This document shows positions 63,013 through 64,000 of a stretch of 64,000 nt of DNA, piece after piece. The position numbers and the translations under genes were made by a program. Position 1 is the stretch's first letter. Each line of letters begins with the position of its first letter. Origin of the DNA: an uncultured Syntrophomonadaceae bacterium (GTDB lineage: Bacteria > Bacillota > Dethiobacteria > DTU022); NCBI GenBank assembly GCA_964390725.1, contig CAYMIW010000005.1:29709-93708 (forward strand), read 5' to 3'. Below the pieces are notes generated by a model, which was given only the letters and a program-made list of their open reading frames with translations, searched no databases and was not told where the DNA came from.

Positions 63013-63999
63013 TTACATCTTCAGGAAACTAATAGTTTTCCCAACATAGTCCAGATATTCTTGTAACTGTTTGTTTTTTTCCTGTTCGTCCCAGCTGTAA
63101 TAGGCGGTCATTATTTTCGCTACTTTTTTAGCGAGTGTTTCCTGTTTGTGATGCCAGACTGCCCACTGCGCTTCTGTTCGTCGGCACATGATATCTATCA
63201 ATCTCGGGGCGCATTCAAACTCCAGGATATGATTGATTTCGGCTTCACAATAGGGATAATCATCAAGCAGGGGGACCCCACAGGCAGGGTTGTCATTGAT
63301 CCTTTCGAAAATATCAAAAGCTCCCCGGCCGTACTGGGTATAAAAATGTTTAATCTGATCGGGGTGGGCCAGGTTCCAGTAATTGTTTTCATCAAGAATC
63401 CGATCGAACTCTTTGAGTGTTATCCCTATTTTAAAAGGCTGGCGCGAAAAACCGCGGCGGTTATATTCTTCTTCTGAAAATCTTTTTAAGTATCCAATTT
63501 TAACAAGGTAAAATAGCAAGTCTTCTGCCATTAGCCTGTGAGTGGTTGATTTTCCACCTGCAATAGCAACAATACCGTCATTGGTCTGGAAAATCTCGTG
63601 TCTACGCGATACAGCGGACTCATTTTCTGCCTTTTCCGGGCGTATCAATGGTCTGATCCCCGCATATGTGCCTATGATGTCTCGATCACCAAGCCTGGCG
63701 TGCGGGAAAAGGCGGTTAACAGTGTTCAGCAGGTAGTCACAGTCTTCTCTTGTGCACCACGGTTCATCCAGGTTGCTGGAGCTGGTGGGATAGGCAGTAT
63801 CGGTTGTGCCGATTACAGAGACCCGGTCACGATTCAGAATAAAGAAAAACCTACCGTCATCAAGTGATGTCAGGCCGAAAGCATTTCTGTTACCCAGGCG
63901 TTCGGAAGGAACAATGATGTGAACTCCTTTTGTTGGAAAAATCCTTTCATCGCAATAGCTGCCTGCTGAAAGAACCTGGTCGGTCCAGATCCCTGCAGC
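63013..63999 (-). CDS. glpD: FAD-dependent glycerol-3-phosphate dehydrogenase/oxidase, C-terminal part (runs off the right edge)
   Basis: AAGIWTD, PTKGVHI, DGRFFF, IGTTDT, YAGIRP, SRRHEI, GGKSTTHRLMAED and D...RRT. Confidence 0.88.
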   Translation of the reverse strand, partial: AAGIWTDQVLSAGSYCDERIFPTKGVHIIVPSERLGNRNAFGLTSLDDGRFFFILNRDRVSVIGTTDTAYPTSSSNLDEPWCTREDCDYLLNTVNRLFPHARLGDRDIIGTYAGIRPLIRPEKAENESAVSRRHEIFQTNDGIVAIAGGKSTTHRLMAEDLLFYLVKIGYLKRFSEEEYNRRGFSRQPFKIGITLKEFDRILDENNYWNLAHPDQIKHFYTQYGRGAFDIFERINDNPACGVPLLDDYPYCEAEINHILEFECAPRLIDIMCRRTEAQWAVWHHKQETLAKKVAKIMTAYYSWDEQEKNKQLQEYLDYVGKTISFLKM

Positions 64000-64000
64000 G

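Overview
Chromosomal window from an anaerobic Gram-positive bacterium (Bacillota-like: GGAGG ribosome-binding sites, sigma-A promoters, lipoproteins, PFOR, PhoP/PhoR). The taxonomy is inferred from gene style, not from a search. Most of it is housekeeping and metabolic: coaX end, patatin, nitroreductase, pyruvate:ferredoxin oxidoreductase, Fe-ADH, a complete phoP-phoR-pstSCAB-phoU locus with a visible Pho box, two radical SAM genes, a DEAD-box helicase, arcA, glpX, adenine deaminase, an MMPL/TetR unit, a molybdate ABC operon with a ModE-type palindrome, and the glpD end. The best candidate for an undescribed system is the ~13 kb minus-strand cluster at 26180-39061. It encodes LacI with a perfect operator, an internally deleted Zn-dehydrogenase, a divergent GH38-like hydrolase, an RraA/HMG aldolase, a LarA-family nickel-pincer epimerase, an IlvD/EDD dehydratase, an SDR, an MBL hydrolase, and Nramp-like and GPH transporters. 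It reads like a kinase-free glycoside-to-sugar-acid-to-pyruvate pathway and is bordered on the right by a transposase remnant and nested repeats. Also notable are an orphan solute-binding lipoprotein heading a histidine kinase/response regulator/HD-GYP operon, and an ApbE gene beside a duplicated-domain lipoprotein that lacks the canonical flavinylation motif. No rRNA, tRNA or CRISPR array was seen. All family calls come from motif recognition by eye.
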